Positions 34,061 through 47,030 of a stretch of 64,000 nt of DNA are shown in pieces (within the stretch, counting starts at the first letter, position 1; every line of letters begins with the position of its first letter). This DNA is from Squalus acanthias (taxonomy: Eukaryota): contig CM059432.1 of assembly GCA_030390025.1 (NCBI GenBank), forward strand, positions 49,292,001 to 49,356,000. The letters run 5' to 3'. The notes under the pieces were generated by a model. The model ran no database searches. It was not told the origin of the DNA and worked only from the letters and a program-made list of their open reading frames with translations. The translations under genes were made by a program, and so were the position numbers.

Positions 34061-35394
34061 TGGTCTTACATATGGAAAATGGCATTTCATGAGGCATCAA
34101 TGGATTGCTAATATGCCTGATACTCAGGACACGTTCATTTAAATCATATTAAAATAGCTCACAAACAATCCACTTGAGTTATGTTCACAAAAAAGCTTTA
34201 TTGTCTTTTTAATTTTCAAAGAACCATGCAACTTACCTTTAATGCTTGCTGTGAATGGCAAAAAGTACTTTCACCCAAACGTTGAGAGATTTAGCAGGGA
34301 ATCAAATTAATTTCATTAGCTGAGCTGATTAATATGAAGACTGACTACAGGATTGCAACTGGTGAGTTTTATGCAGGATCTGGGCAGGAGTCTGGCCACT
34401 CAATTTCCTTCTACCCACATGTCTAAATCCATGGTAGCAAGAATACTACAGGTCAGAAAGATCTGCCTACTGTGTTATAACTTGAGAACATTTTGGCACT
34501 TTCCTCTTGCTCATTAACTTTTTGTTGGCTCACCTCTTATTTAATACAGCTCTTCTATTCAGATAAAGACCTATATAAGATGGGGGGTGACCATAGACAT
34601 CAATGGATTGTTGATATGCTTGATACTCAGGAAACGCTCAGGAACATAGGAGCAGGAGTAGGCCAATTTAGCCCCTTGAGCCTGTTCCACAGACCAATTC
34701 AACTGAGTATAAACACTGGGGAAAAAAGCGAAACTAGTGAAAGAGTAGTAACTGGATTTATGAGGAATTGTAATTAAAGAAAATTAAATATCGAGGCCAA
34801 ATGCAGAATAAGTTGAGCAAGGTATATCACAGGCTTCTCATCAGTTGAAAACTTCCCTAAGAATATGACTCATTAATCAAGGATCCCATTGTTGCTGTAA
34901 CTCCAAAGTATTCCCCTGCTAAAACGAAAACCGTCACAAAAATGGTGATGGGCGAGGGATTGGCCAGTTTAAATTAATAATGTTGTTCTTTGTATATAAT
35001 CACACCATTGTACATTGCAAAAGGAGTCGGTATGTGTTAAATCAGTAATATGACAATTTTTACAAAAATTATTTCAAAATGAGTTTTGTAAATAAGGTTT
35101 TCTCTGAGGATTTCTCAATCCTCACACATTGAGGTCCCATCAATGGATGGAAAATTGATTTTCCAATGCATACTCATGACATACGAAGTACCTCACCATG
35201 TGGGAGGACATGGAAGATCTGCCCTACACTTTGGACTATTTTACAATGGAAAATGGGTCCAGTATCAGTTGTTCAGGACCTAAAGTGCAGTTTCTGATGT
35301 TCATTGCAATTCTACTGCAGCCTAAATATAACAGTGGTTCACTCATCATTGTCATTTAGTTAAGCAATACATCATATGACTGACTCAAGATAAG

Positions 35395-36112
35395 AATATT
35401 AGAGACTTGTGGGTCCAGTTATATAGATCATTAAAATATCATGAACTGGTACAGAAAATAATCAAAAAGGCTAATTGAATGCTGGCCTTTATATCTAGAG
35501 AACTAGAATACAAGGGGGTAGAAGTTATGTTACAGCTATACAAAACCCTGGTTAGACCACACCTGGAGTACTGTGAGCAGTTCTGGGCACCACACCTTAG
35601 GAAAGATATATTGGCCTTGGAGGGAGTGTAGCGTAGGTTTACCAGAATGATACCCGGACTACAGGGGTTAAATTACAAGGAGAGATTACACAAATTAGGG
35701 TTGTATTCCCTGGAATTTAGAAGGTTAAGGGGTGATTTGATTGAAGTTTTCAAGATATTAAGGGGAACAGATAGGATAGATAGAGAGAAAGTATTTCCGC
35801 TGGTTGGGGATTCTAGGACTAGGGGGCATAGTCTAAAAATAAGAACCAGACCTTTCAGGAGTGAAATTAGGAAACACTTCTACACACAAAGGGTGGTAGA
35901 AGTTTGGAATTCTCTTCCGCAAATGGCAATTGATGTTGGATCAATTGTTAATTTTAAATCTGAGATTGATAGATTTTTGTTAACTAAAGGTATTAAGAGA
36001 TATGGGGCAAAGGCGGGTAAATGGAGTTAGGTCACAGATCAGCCATGATCTCATTGAATGGCAGAACAGGCTCGTGGAGCTAAATGGGCTACTCTTGTTC
36101 CTATGTTCCTAT
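35395..36112 (+). mobile_element. CR1 LINE 3' fragment
   Basis: RPHLEYC, LGLYSLEFRRLRGDLIE and FYTQRVV motifs; (TTCCTATG) tail. Confidence 0.9.
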
Positions 36113-36143
36113 CCCCTGATGATACTGAATAAATAAAGATATA

Positions 36144-37037
36144 GGGGGAAAAATTCAGTTGGTTGCACCTCTCGTTAGCGCCTTAAGAGGGCGCTAATGG
36201 GGCGCAAAGCAACTAGCGCCCGGGCACGACGATGTTTGCGCCGCTCGCGAAATTAACTAGACATTTTGTGGCGGCGCTAAACACTACCGCCACGATCTCC
36301 TGCGCCGGCAGATTGTGACGTCAGTCGAGTGCGCAACGCCCCGGTTGTGCCCTGGAGCGGATATTGAGTGGCGCCCCCTGCCTTACCGCCTGCCGCTAGC
36401 AACGACAGGTTGAGGGGAGCGTTTTGCAGTCAGGAAGGGACTGGGGGAGCGCTATTTAAAGGCAACCGCTTCCTGCCTTTTATTGTTGGTGACATTTTTG
36501 AACTACGCATTCTGAGAGAGAGAGAGAGAGAGACTTCTAGAGAGATTCAATGCTGTGTGAAGGAGTTTTGGCTACTGAGCAGCACTTTGCAGGTTCATTT
36601 TGATTTGCCCTTCCTTGTATCGATTTAGAAGAGACTGTGGGGGCTGCACTCTGAGCTCTTTCCCTGGGCCTCTCCATTGTTCTTTCCAGCAGATTTGATG
36701 TACAGGTCTCTCCAGGCTGAGATTCAAGGCTGCAATGAGCAGGATGTGGATGGAAAGCAAGATTAACCCTCCCCTTTAAGAACTGGCCGGCGCTATTGTG
36801 TGTGTGTTCCATTGCTGACTGACATCACATGAGCTTCGCCAGCGCTCTGAGGTAGCGCCTCGCTCCTCGGCCTTTGCGCCTTAAGACAAGTGTGAAGCGC
36901 CTGATTTAGCGCTCCAATCACCTCCAGGGCGATAAAAGTCAAGTTTGCCGTCGGAGGCGATAATTAGTGCCAGGCGCTAATCTTTGCGCCCGGCCGATAA
37001 TTGCGCCCCAAATGGGGTGATACTGAATTTCTCCCCC
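36144..37037. mobile_element. Harbinger/PIF-type MITE, family A copy 2
   Basis: Same TIRs and body as 22593-23433; exact 3-bp TSD ATA. Confidence 0.9.
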
Positions 37038-37616
37038 ATAGTATTTGATTTTCAGTTTACAAAACTTGCTTATGGTGCAAGTAACTTTGTTTTTCAAAAC
37101 TTTATTTCCAGTTCTTTACATTAGAATTTTTTTGCTGTACCTCCCAAGATAGATTTGCAGTATTTGCTTAAGATAAAAAATAACTTTTTTGTTGATTATT
37201 TCCTCCTCAAAACCTTCCTCTTTCTAGTTATTTCCAAGATTATAAATTAGATTTTTCCTCCCCTTCACTTCCCAGCTGCACTATCTGGAGATAGTGTGAG
37301 TTGAGGATGGGTGAACAGTGTATTAGGTTACAGGGATTTGCAACACCATAGGAACAACTGCATGGATAGGTTTAATCATTTTAGCAATTTTTTTGTTTAT
37401 TAACATATGAAACATTATTTATATGGGTATAAACTCAGCTGCTCCCATTAATGAAGATAATCACAAAAGGCACTTTGTAAAAAATCTTTTGAGACATTTG
37501 GTTGGCAGTTTTTCTGCTGCTTCCTGTTTGCTGATTGGTAGCTGTTTAGTAAATGGAAGTGGTGATTGGTTGATTTCAGTTGTTGCTGCTTGCTAATTTA
37601 GCATTTTTCTACTTGA

Positions 37617-37837
37617 ATCTTTGGAATTCTCTACCCCAGAGGGCTGTAGATGCTCAGTCGTTGAGTATATTCAAGACAGAGATCAACACACTTTTGGATA
37701 TTAAGGGAATTAAGGGATATGGGGATAGTGCAGGAAGGTGGAGTTGAGGTTGAAGATCTGCTGTGATCTTATTGAACAGCGGAGCAGGCGCAAAGGGCCA
37801 AATGGCCTACTCCTGGTCCTGTTTCTTATGTCTTATG
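37617..37837 (+). mobile_element. CR1 3' end
   Basis: WNSLP..AV and 3' UTR; TTTCTTATGTCTTATG tail. Confidence 0.8.
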
Positions 37838-38136
37838 AAAGTAGATTTTACCCAATCAGCATAACTCACTTGAGAGATGATGGCTTGTGATTGGTCTTTT
37901 ATATTCAAGCCAATCTTTTTTTTTTGTTCCCCTAGCAGACTTTTGAGGTGTGACACCCTAAAGTGAGACAATTTTTGACTTATGAATTGTGAAATTTTAC
38001 TTTTGAGGAGCGATAATGACAAGGATGGTGTACCATGTAATGCACAAAGTATCATTCTGCTGCTTGGGTGCAGCTGTGTTTAAACTAGCCTGTCCATTTG
38101 AGGCCACCTATTCGAATTACTGTAAATGATGACAAT

Positions 38137-38849
38137 GGCCCATATTTTCCGATCGGAGGCTTCCTGCGTGCGCAGGCCTCCGATCTGGAAAAAATCTATG
38201 TCCTTACCTGAGGGCTCCAGAGGTCCGGCCATTTCCGCTCCTGGGCCTCTGCTCTACGAAATGCGCAGGGCTCAGGTGTCCCACGGGCGCATGCGGTTCG
38301 TAAGATCCCTAGGATCACGTGGGCCATGGGGAACCAATGGAAGAAGGGAATCCCCCTTCATACTTTTGACAGCTTAGACCTGTCAAAAGTATGAATGAGG
38401 ATCACTGAAAAAACACATCAAAACATGAAATAATTTTTTTTTAAATCACGTTTTAAAATTAGTTAAAATTACATTAAATTAAATATTTTAAACAAAAATG
38501 TTATTTTTGGAATTTTTTTTTACTGGCTAAAAATAAACTTACCTTTTTTAAAAGTATTTTAAAATTATAAATGAGTGAAAAAAAAAAATATTTTTTTACT
38601 TTTTTAACTCTTATGCTGGTAAAAGCAGGCCTTACGCATAAGATTTTTAAGGGTTTTCAGCGGGCAGAGGTTCTGCAGAAAGCGGAACTCTCCACCCGCA
38701 GAGGCCCTTCTCCAGGGCAGGCGGAGGATCTGTCAAGAGGATTCTTGACAGATGGGAAGTGCCGGTTTTCAGCACATGCGCTTCGCATGCCTGAAACCGG
38801 CACTTGTGAGGTCCCTACGGGTGTGTACACAGCTCGGAAAATATGGGCC
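38137..38849. mobile_element. Harbinger-type MITE
   Basis: Perfect 16-bp TIR GGCCCATATTTTCCGA / TCGGAAAATATGGGCC; AT-rich core. Confidence 0.8.
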
Positions 38850-38903
38850 ATAGATATTGAAGTGTTTGGCAAACCTTTTCTCATTTGTTTACAAACAATG
38901 TTT

Positions 38904-39063
38904 GGAACTCCCTCCCTAACAGCACTGTAGTAGTACCTTCACCACAAGGACTGCAGTGGTTCAAGAAGGCGGCTCATCACCACTTTCTCAAGGGCAATTA
39001 GGGATGGTCAATAAATGCTGGCCTTGCCAGCGACGCCCACATCCCATGAACGAATAAAAAAAA
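38904..39063 (+). mobile_element. LINE 3' end (same family as 53785-55008)
   Basis: Matches 54410-54572, including CCCATGAACGAAT(A)n. Confidence 0.8.
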
Positions 39064-39349
39064 TGATGCCAACTACACTGAAATGCATCTTCTCGCTAGT
39101 TGTGTTTGACATCATCGTCAAAACCAGCCTTTTAAATTTAAAATCCCAAGGCCCTTACCAACATTGGTTATCAGGGACACACAGGCAACCCTGCACCCAG
39201 AATTGCTAGAACACAAATGGTGGGAAATATGCTACATGACATTATAATACATACATCCTGAGTTTGACTGGATTTCTAAAGGGTGCAAAATGGTACAGGG
39301 ACCTCGTGTGACCTGAGGAAATTTGGCTCCACATAATTCTCTTATTCAT

Positions 39350-39996
39350 ACCTGCCCACGATTTTTCTCGGTGCAAAATGGCCTGCATTCTCCGCTTGGT
39401 TGCGCTTCATCCGAACTCTGCCAATTTCAAGTGCAAATTATCTTCAGCGCAAATCAAGTTTCTGCTATCTTTTGCGCTAGATTAAAAACATCGCGCTAGA
39501 AGCAGACCCACCCACAAAGCTGGCCACACCCCCAGGGTGAATCAATCACCATTGGGACTTTCCACTAATTGCGCCCGTTTGCGGGCCTTCAACGAGGCTC
39601 TTAAAATTAAGCTGTTCTTTTCGACGCAAAGGGCACCAATAGGCATGTTTTAAAAGCTTTCACTTTTTGTTAATTTACTAAGAAATTGTACTACACAACA
39701 ATATATCTCGCAAATGGTTCTGTATAGTTTTTTAAATAATTTTCAGTTATTTAAAATCAGGTTACTCACAGGTGGTGGACTAGACACTGATTAAAAATCC
39801 TTATTTTTTGTGGTTTTTCAGCTGCATTCTAAAACGGTGCGCGATTGCACTGGCTTATGGCAGATTTTACGTTCGACAATATGTAAATGAGTTTGAGCGG
39901 AAACTTGAATAAAAACAACTTCTCAAAACTAATGCAATTTTGGGCGCAATTTGCGCCTGGATCGTCGGTTGCACCCAAAGTGGAAAGTCCACCCCC
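39350..39996. mobile_element. Probable Harbinger-type MITE; left end unclear
   Basis: Right end GTGGAAAGTCCACCCCC-TAA; CpG-rich subterminal GCGC motifs around an AT-rich core. Confidence 0.45.
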
Positions 39997-41339
39997 TAAT
40001 TTGCTTAACATATCTCATTTTTAATCTGTTGAATTTAGCTAGCTTAAATGTGATTAATGTTAAATATCTTGACACAGTAAATATAAGACTACATTTTATA
40101 AATTTGAATAATTTATGTACTGCAACAGAGCACATAGGTACGCTTGTCTTGAAGATATACGAAGTTCTACAAAATCAGTTACATGCTTAAGAATGGATTT
40201 ACCTCTAGATATAGGATTTGATTACGAAATCCAAGAAATTGTTTAAGTCTCTCTCCAATTGATTCTAATACAGTATTTTACTTTAACGTTATACTGCATT
40301 AACCTATTCCCAGACTGTTAAATCTGAATTCGCCCTCTTCTGTTTTTAATTTACTAGATCAATTGGAATACATAGCACTTGTTAAGTGATTTTAAGAAAG
40401 TCACTGGATAGCCACTGAACCATTACTAATTAGCCTGTGCAATTAATTACATGCAAACGATCTGCTCGTTTCTCTCATTAGGTACAAGCACTTTCTAATT
40501 ACAAAGGAATTTAAATGTAACAGCCATGTATTAATTCCACAAGACAGCAAATATATGACAAATCCCTGCTTAACAATATTCTCTAGAAACACCACTAATG
40601 ACTAGGATCAAAATAAAGTCCCAGCCCACAGGTTATTTTTAACAATGACAGGAGAAGACAGTTTTCCATAATTCACAGTAATTAAATTGCAAATTGTTAC
40701 AAATTTACGAATAAAGCCCTTGGAATTACATTGGGCAATAACAACATCTGGACACTTAATGCATTTAAAAGAAATGGGTTGAGGTCTCGACTAAAACAGT
40801 GAACAAAATATGAGCACAAAGTATGAACACATTAGGAATTTGTACATTTGTTACCACACAATGTAAATTTTAGTGCCAAATTTGAGTGTAAACAAAAATG
40901 GTATTCATAAGATGCATGGCTTTTATATTACATCTGGAAGGAGGACTTCTCATGGTTATAAAGGAGATTTAGAAGGACCAGTCATGCAATGGAGCTCCAA
41001 GGTGGACTGGTAGGCTGCAAGTTTGTGGCGCGCATGGTGAGGTGTTCATCTCAACTGTGCCCCCTTGAAGAGTTGCCAAGTAGCGTTACCACAAGACGCT
41101 TTTTGTGGACCTTCTGGTTAACACAAAGCTGCCCACTCAGTCAGAAAAAATGTGTTTTCAGGAAGACTGGCATTACTGTACCAAAAAATACTTCTGAATA
41201 CAGTAACTGACATTATTGAAATACAACTGTTACAGTTTTATTGCAGGATTCATTTTGCTGCAAAAATGCACCTCGAATTTCTGAAAGGTCTCGCAAAACC
41301 AATTTTGTGAGGTAAAGTATCAAAGAAAAATGCAACAGC

Positions 41340-41790
41340 CTCACATTTACTTGCTGCAGAAAAATGTGGCAAGCACTTCACATTGACGCAATCAGAAAAT
41401 CAAAAAACTGGATGTTGAATCAAAGATATAAGGAGGGGGGTGACCATAAGCTTGGTCAGAGGTGAATTTTAAGGAGGGTCTTAAAAGAGGAGTGGGTGGC
41501 AGAGAGGTCAAGGGGTTTAGGGAAGGAATTCCAGAACATGGAGCCAAGGTGACTGAAGGCACTTCCACCAGTTGTGGGGTGCATGGTAGGGTTGATGCAC
41601 AAGAGGCCAAAGTCAGAAGAGTATTCTTCCCCAGGAGGTGGTATTTATAGGGCTAGAGGGAGTTTCAGAGATAGGAAAGGGCAAAGCCATAAAGTGATTT
41701 AAACATCAGCATAAGAATTTTAAACTGGAGGCATTGGGTGATCAGGAGCCAATGTAGGTCAACAAGGACAGGAGTAATGGGTGAGCGGGA
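41340..41790 (-). mobile_element. L2-like LINE 3' fragment
   Basis: Reverse strand reads as a decayed HITPVL..LHW..A...F....P..WNS.P......FK..LK ORF2 end. Confidence 0.6.
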
Positions 41791-42158
41791 CCCTGACATC
41801 AATTACATCAATGGGACTCCAACTGGATTTTAACTCTGGCCTGAGTGAGGAAGCTGCCATGGCTTTCCTCCAGGTGAGCAGGTCGGTCGCAGCCTCAACG
41901 TTAAGCCAAAATCTTTCCTTTGTGGGCCCAGGATAAGCAGCAGTGCTCATCTGAGCCCCACAAAGAAAGTCACTGCTTCCCCTGCCCCGGACTCCCTCCC
42001 CTGCGCCTCTCCCTGTAAGATACCCTATTCTTATATACATACATATTACATATATGTATATATAGGATTAGGATTTGGTTTAATCTCATATGATTAAAGT
42101 TTTTGATTTTCTTTTACTTGTAAATGGCTTGTGGATTTTTACTGTAACTAGAAATAAT

Positions 42159-43010
42159 GGCCGGAATTTTCTCAAGGGAGGCGGGTTGGGGGCGGGAAAC
42201 CCATGAGGACGGATTTCCCGCAGGCCCTGCCGACTTTAACGGCAGAGCCTAATTTGAATGTGAGGCCTCGGTTTCCTGCCCACAGCCAGCCAGATTGGGA
42301 GGCTGGCCGGCTGCGGGCGTGTAGGCCTGCAGATGCAGAGAGAGGGAAGGATGGGCAGGGGGTTCAGGGATCAGCAGGGGCTCGGTTGAGGAGGGGGGTT
42401 CAGGGATCGGCGGGGAGGGGGTGTCGGGGATCGGGGATTGTTGGGGAGGTGGGGTTAGCCGGAGGGTCGGGGATCAGCGGGGTGGTGGGTCGGAGTCGGA
42501 GGATCGGCTGGGCGGGGGTCAGCCGGGGAATCGGGGATTGGAGTCGGCCGGAGCATCGGCGGGGGTGGGGGGAGAAAGAGAGCATTGGGGCCGGCCTCAG
42601 CATCATCGGTGGGGTGGGGGGCGGAGGCCTCATGGTGGGGATCAGAGGCCTGGGGAGGCGATCACGGGGGATGGGTAAGGTAGTGACCCTGGATCCAGGA
42701 GGTAGGTATAAAGCCACTTATCTCCTGGTTCCAGCTGTTCCCGCTTCAGTTTAACTGCAGGTTTCATGAATTGTGTGAAACCCATCCACAGGCAGTTAAA
42801 TTCAAAATGAAGGTGAAAAGAGGGGCTTCTAGCCTTATTATAATATTTAAATTGACGTTCCGCCCCCTGGGAGTGGGTTGGTCACCTGTCCCCCGTTAAA
42901 ACCGAAAGTAGGAGAGTTGGAGGCGGGATCAGGTTGGGAATCCCATTTTTAACAATTTAAGTGCCCCCACGCTCCAAACCCACCTGTTTTTTTAGGGGAA
43001 AATTCCGGCC
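42159..43010. mobile_element. Harbinger-type MITE with a G-rich (GGGGATC-like) core
   Basis: TIR GGCCGGAATTTTC / GAAAATTCCGGCC; exact 3-bp TSD AAT. Confidence 0.85.
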
Positions 43011-46000
43011 AATGAAATGGTTAAAAGTTGTTCATTCCCAGGATGCTTTAGGGTTTAATGTGTCAGGGTATAATTTAGCTGACTGCTGTTTAGTTTATGC
43101 TGAAAGTGCAGGATGTATGATTCATCCCTGTTCACTTATTTTTGTGGCCACATTGTGAAACAAGATAGCTAAAGCATTCTTGAGATAGGAAGTGGGACAA
43201 TAGGACAGGATAACAAACAAGTTGGCATCTGGTGTTTTGAAGGAAAATCTCATTTCTGGGGGTCTTGTTCACAATAGCACTGGTCATGCCATAATGAATC
43301 AGCAGTGTTCATGAGAGACGGCCTATAAAGATCTTAAGCTTTTCTTAAGTTGTAGAGAGAGTTGGGTTCGAAAAAGATCGACAAGGTTACATCTCCACCC
43401 GGGGAAACGCGGTAATATTGTTTATTTCTCTGTATGTCTACTGCTCAAAGACACTGTGTTTCTGGACTTGGTCGAACACAATAAATGGATTTGTTGTTGC
43501 AAACCCATACTTGGTGTCGAAATCGAACTGCTTACATTCCTCCCGCGAGACCCTCCTGAAACCCCCTTTCGGCAACTTACCTGCTTGGTGCTGGCAGATG
43601 GCCGCCCAAACATCTACCACTTTCTACCCGCTTCAGGCTGGCAGCTTACTGGCGGCATGCAGATGAGGCCTGGGAGTTACAATACCCTGGGCCTGTGAGT
43701 GTGTTTTGCACCCGCCTGTTCCCCACCTGTTGGGAGTTAATATTGAACCCAAAGACTAGTTCCTCTAATTGGAAAGTCAGTGACAAGGCATCATCAATTT
43801 TAAATTCCTCTCTACCAAATTTCTTTGTACAGAGGGTCTCCGGAGCAAGAAATGCTTTGCCATAGGGAAAGATTGAGGCAGAGACCATGGCATTTTCTAA
43901 GGGAAAATTGAATAAATATTTGAAGATGCAGTAAGGTTATGAGGAGAGCAGGGTAGTTGGACAGTTCTAGCAAAGTGTTAGCAGAGGCATAATGAGCCAA
44001 AAAGTCTCTCTCTACAGTTCTATGTTTCCTCCTCCCACACACACCATTATTGTATCCTTTCTTTAATGAACCAAAGTACTTCTCTCTAAGTTGATCAGAT
44101 GTTAAAAGTGTTCATAAAATTGTAACAACAGATAACATACGATGGCGCTGGTACGGAAACCATTCAAAAGGCCCTGACCCAGGTGCTAACCTTCCTTCCC
44201 ACTTGCCACACAAATCACACTTTTTTGTTTTGCCTCAAACAGCACTTATGCCAGTGTACCAATGGGAAAATTGGGCCCAGTGCTCATTGATGAAATGAGA
44301 GCCAAATTATCTATCGAACATGATCAGAGTAATTTTTTGGCCACCTAATTAGAAATGATTTTCAGAGGCTCAGAGTACAATAACTTATTAAAACATAAGC
44401 TGCTATGCAAAGTTTAATCTTCAGCTTTGATTGCCATATAAAACGTACTGTGGGGCATCTTGTCTTTCTCGCTATTGTGGTATTTGCAAGTCTGTAAACT
44501 GTATCAGTGCAGTGTAGAAAGGAATAGAGAGGACTACATATTTAAATAAGTCAACTGTTGTTTTGAAAAAGTATTGTAAATAGTTCAGCAGTTCACTTTC
44601 AACCAGAGGGCTGAGACAACACGTCTTTAGAATGTTACCGGGCAATAGTAAATCGCCAGCCGGTTTTGCACTACCACCCAAGACGGATTTCACCCCCAAT
44701 TTGTCCTCCTGGCAAGAGGATAGTGAAAGGCTTGCGTGGGGAAAACTGGGATTCAAAAAAGATATGTTCAATATACTGTATCTGATTATACAATCTGCAC
44801 CCACAGCTTCTGAATGTGATATTTTATCCAGCTAAGTAAAACAACTGGTATAGATATCTTTTCAGTTACCATTGCTAATATTATTCGTAGTTATCATTCT
44901 AAAACTAATTTAAGTGAGAAACATTCTTTGTATCTCTTCAACAAGATCTCCAACTCCACGAGGACTCCCTAACTCTTTTGAATGTGATTCAAGAACACAG
45001 CAGCCCACGATTTCTATAAACTTTTTATTCGCAAGATGAGAAACATTTCAATTGTGATCAGTTTAATTCTTAGAACAGTAATATCTCTCTTGGGAGAGAT
45101 CCTTAGTGCTGTGAAATATACCTGTCTACTATGACAGCTGTTCTGAGTCAGACCTTGAACTTTATTCAATTAAAGAAAATGAGCATCAAGGACACTAGGA
45201 TCATCCAAATTGTTACAATAAATCCAGTCATCGTCAAAAAGCTCGGTGTTAAAGTAACTGTGTCTTTTTTTACATGCTTTCTTTGGTAAGGTTACACTTT
45301 CCTCTGCAGGTATCTGAATAACCTAATGGTGATTGGATTGTCTGATGATACACGATTTTCACAATGCTAATCAGATGGTTCATTTCCAACTGCGGGATTT
45401 GGCGACATTTCCACATTTTTTAAAATTTCAGAACATCAAAATGTCTCAGTGAGCAAACTCCCATTACAGAAAGGGCTGCTGCTATGAACAGTTCAATTTT
45501 CAGGCAGCGTAATATAATATAAACTCCAGAAGATTAAAAAATTACTGGTTAATCTTTGTGGATACAGGAAAGTAATAGCAATCCTGAAACTTACCACTCT
45601 GACAGACACCACACATGACATGCATACTAGATGATGAATCCCCATCACCAGCATTCAGCCAAGGCCCCATTGCGCTTTTCTCTCCAAAAAAGGAACAGAA
45701 GAAGGATCCAAAACTCACTCACCACCTCTGACTGTACTCAACATGCAGAATGAACTAATAAAATAATTTGATTTTAGGCTAAACTGGAGAGGCATGAAAA
45801 ATGGTAGAGTTAAGAAAATCCATCAGATGCTGAAAATATGAAGTAATATCAGAGTGCTGGAAATAAACAACAAGTTGGGAGAAAGACAGGTTCATGCTCT
45901 GTGTGTGATCTTTCATTACATCTCAATTGTTAACCTGTCTTTCTCTCTCAGATGTGGATTGACTTGCTATTTACTTCCAGCATTTCAGTTTTCTGCCCCC

Positions 46001-46699
46001 TCAATTAACTTACACATTGAATGATTTCTTGCTTGGCTTTGATGAGTATTTTGTTCCAGGATGTACAGCAATTATGGTGCAGTTTTCCAACTCGGCATCG
46101 TTCAAAAAAGACAACTTCACCGTCCCAACAGCTTTCCTGCCATTACCAGCGCTGCAAACAAATGGTATGTCATAACAGAACACACGGCATAAACCAAAGG
46201 GTCGATTTTGTGTTGTGTAGATAAAGGAGATCTAATTTTTTTTAAATGAGTACTTTGTTTACACAATATCTGAAGTTCAGTAGATGGTTTGGGCTCTCAT
46301 TGCTTGGAGAAACAAACTATCGGGTTGCTCTGAGCTATCCACAGCAGAATAAAAGTTTCATTTGTTCAAAAAGCCCATTTGAGAATTCTGCTCAGACAGC
46401 ACAAACTCCAAAGCTTTTAAATTAAATTTATTTTTCCAATAAACACTACAACTGTATCTTCTGACTGGATGACCACAGCAATCTTAATGATTATCGCTCC
46501 ATTCTCTATGGATTTACCCAGCATGTATTCTGAAATAGATTACTACACTCAATATTGTTTCTGTTCCTTAAGCAAAGGGAAGATTCTGAATAAAGCACAA
46601 TGAGATCCTTCTGTGAGTTACTCACAGTCCCACAGTGTAATAACATTTTTAATAAAATATCCCATTACTTTTTGGTGCAGAGTACATGGTTGTTTATGC

Positions 46700-47030
46700 G
46701 GTGTTTTTCATCTTTCAGATGAGACGTTAAACCGAGGCCCCGTCTGCCCTCTCAGGTAGATGTTAAAGATCCCATGCCACTATTTCAAAGAACAGCAAGA
46801 GTTCTCCCCGGTGTCCTGGCCAATATTTATCCCTCAGCCGGCAACGCTAAAACAGTTTATCTGGTTATTATCTCATTGCTATTCTTGGGATCTTGCTGTG
46901 CGCAAATTGGCTGCTGTGTTTCCTACATTACAACAGTGACTACACTTCAAAAAGTACTTCATTGGCTGTAAAGCGCTTTGGGACACCTGAGATGGTGAAA
47001 GGTGCTACAGAAATGCAAGTACTTTCACTT
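46700..47030 (+). mobile_element. Deu-domain SINE (SacSINE1-like), 5'-truncated
   Basis: Homologous to 25480-25800. Confidence 0.8.

Noticed and set aside
42203..42754. 183-aa Gly/Arg-rich ORF and Pro-rich antisense ORF
   Set aside because: Both lie in the G-rich low-complexity core of a TIR/TSD-bounded MITE.
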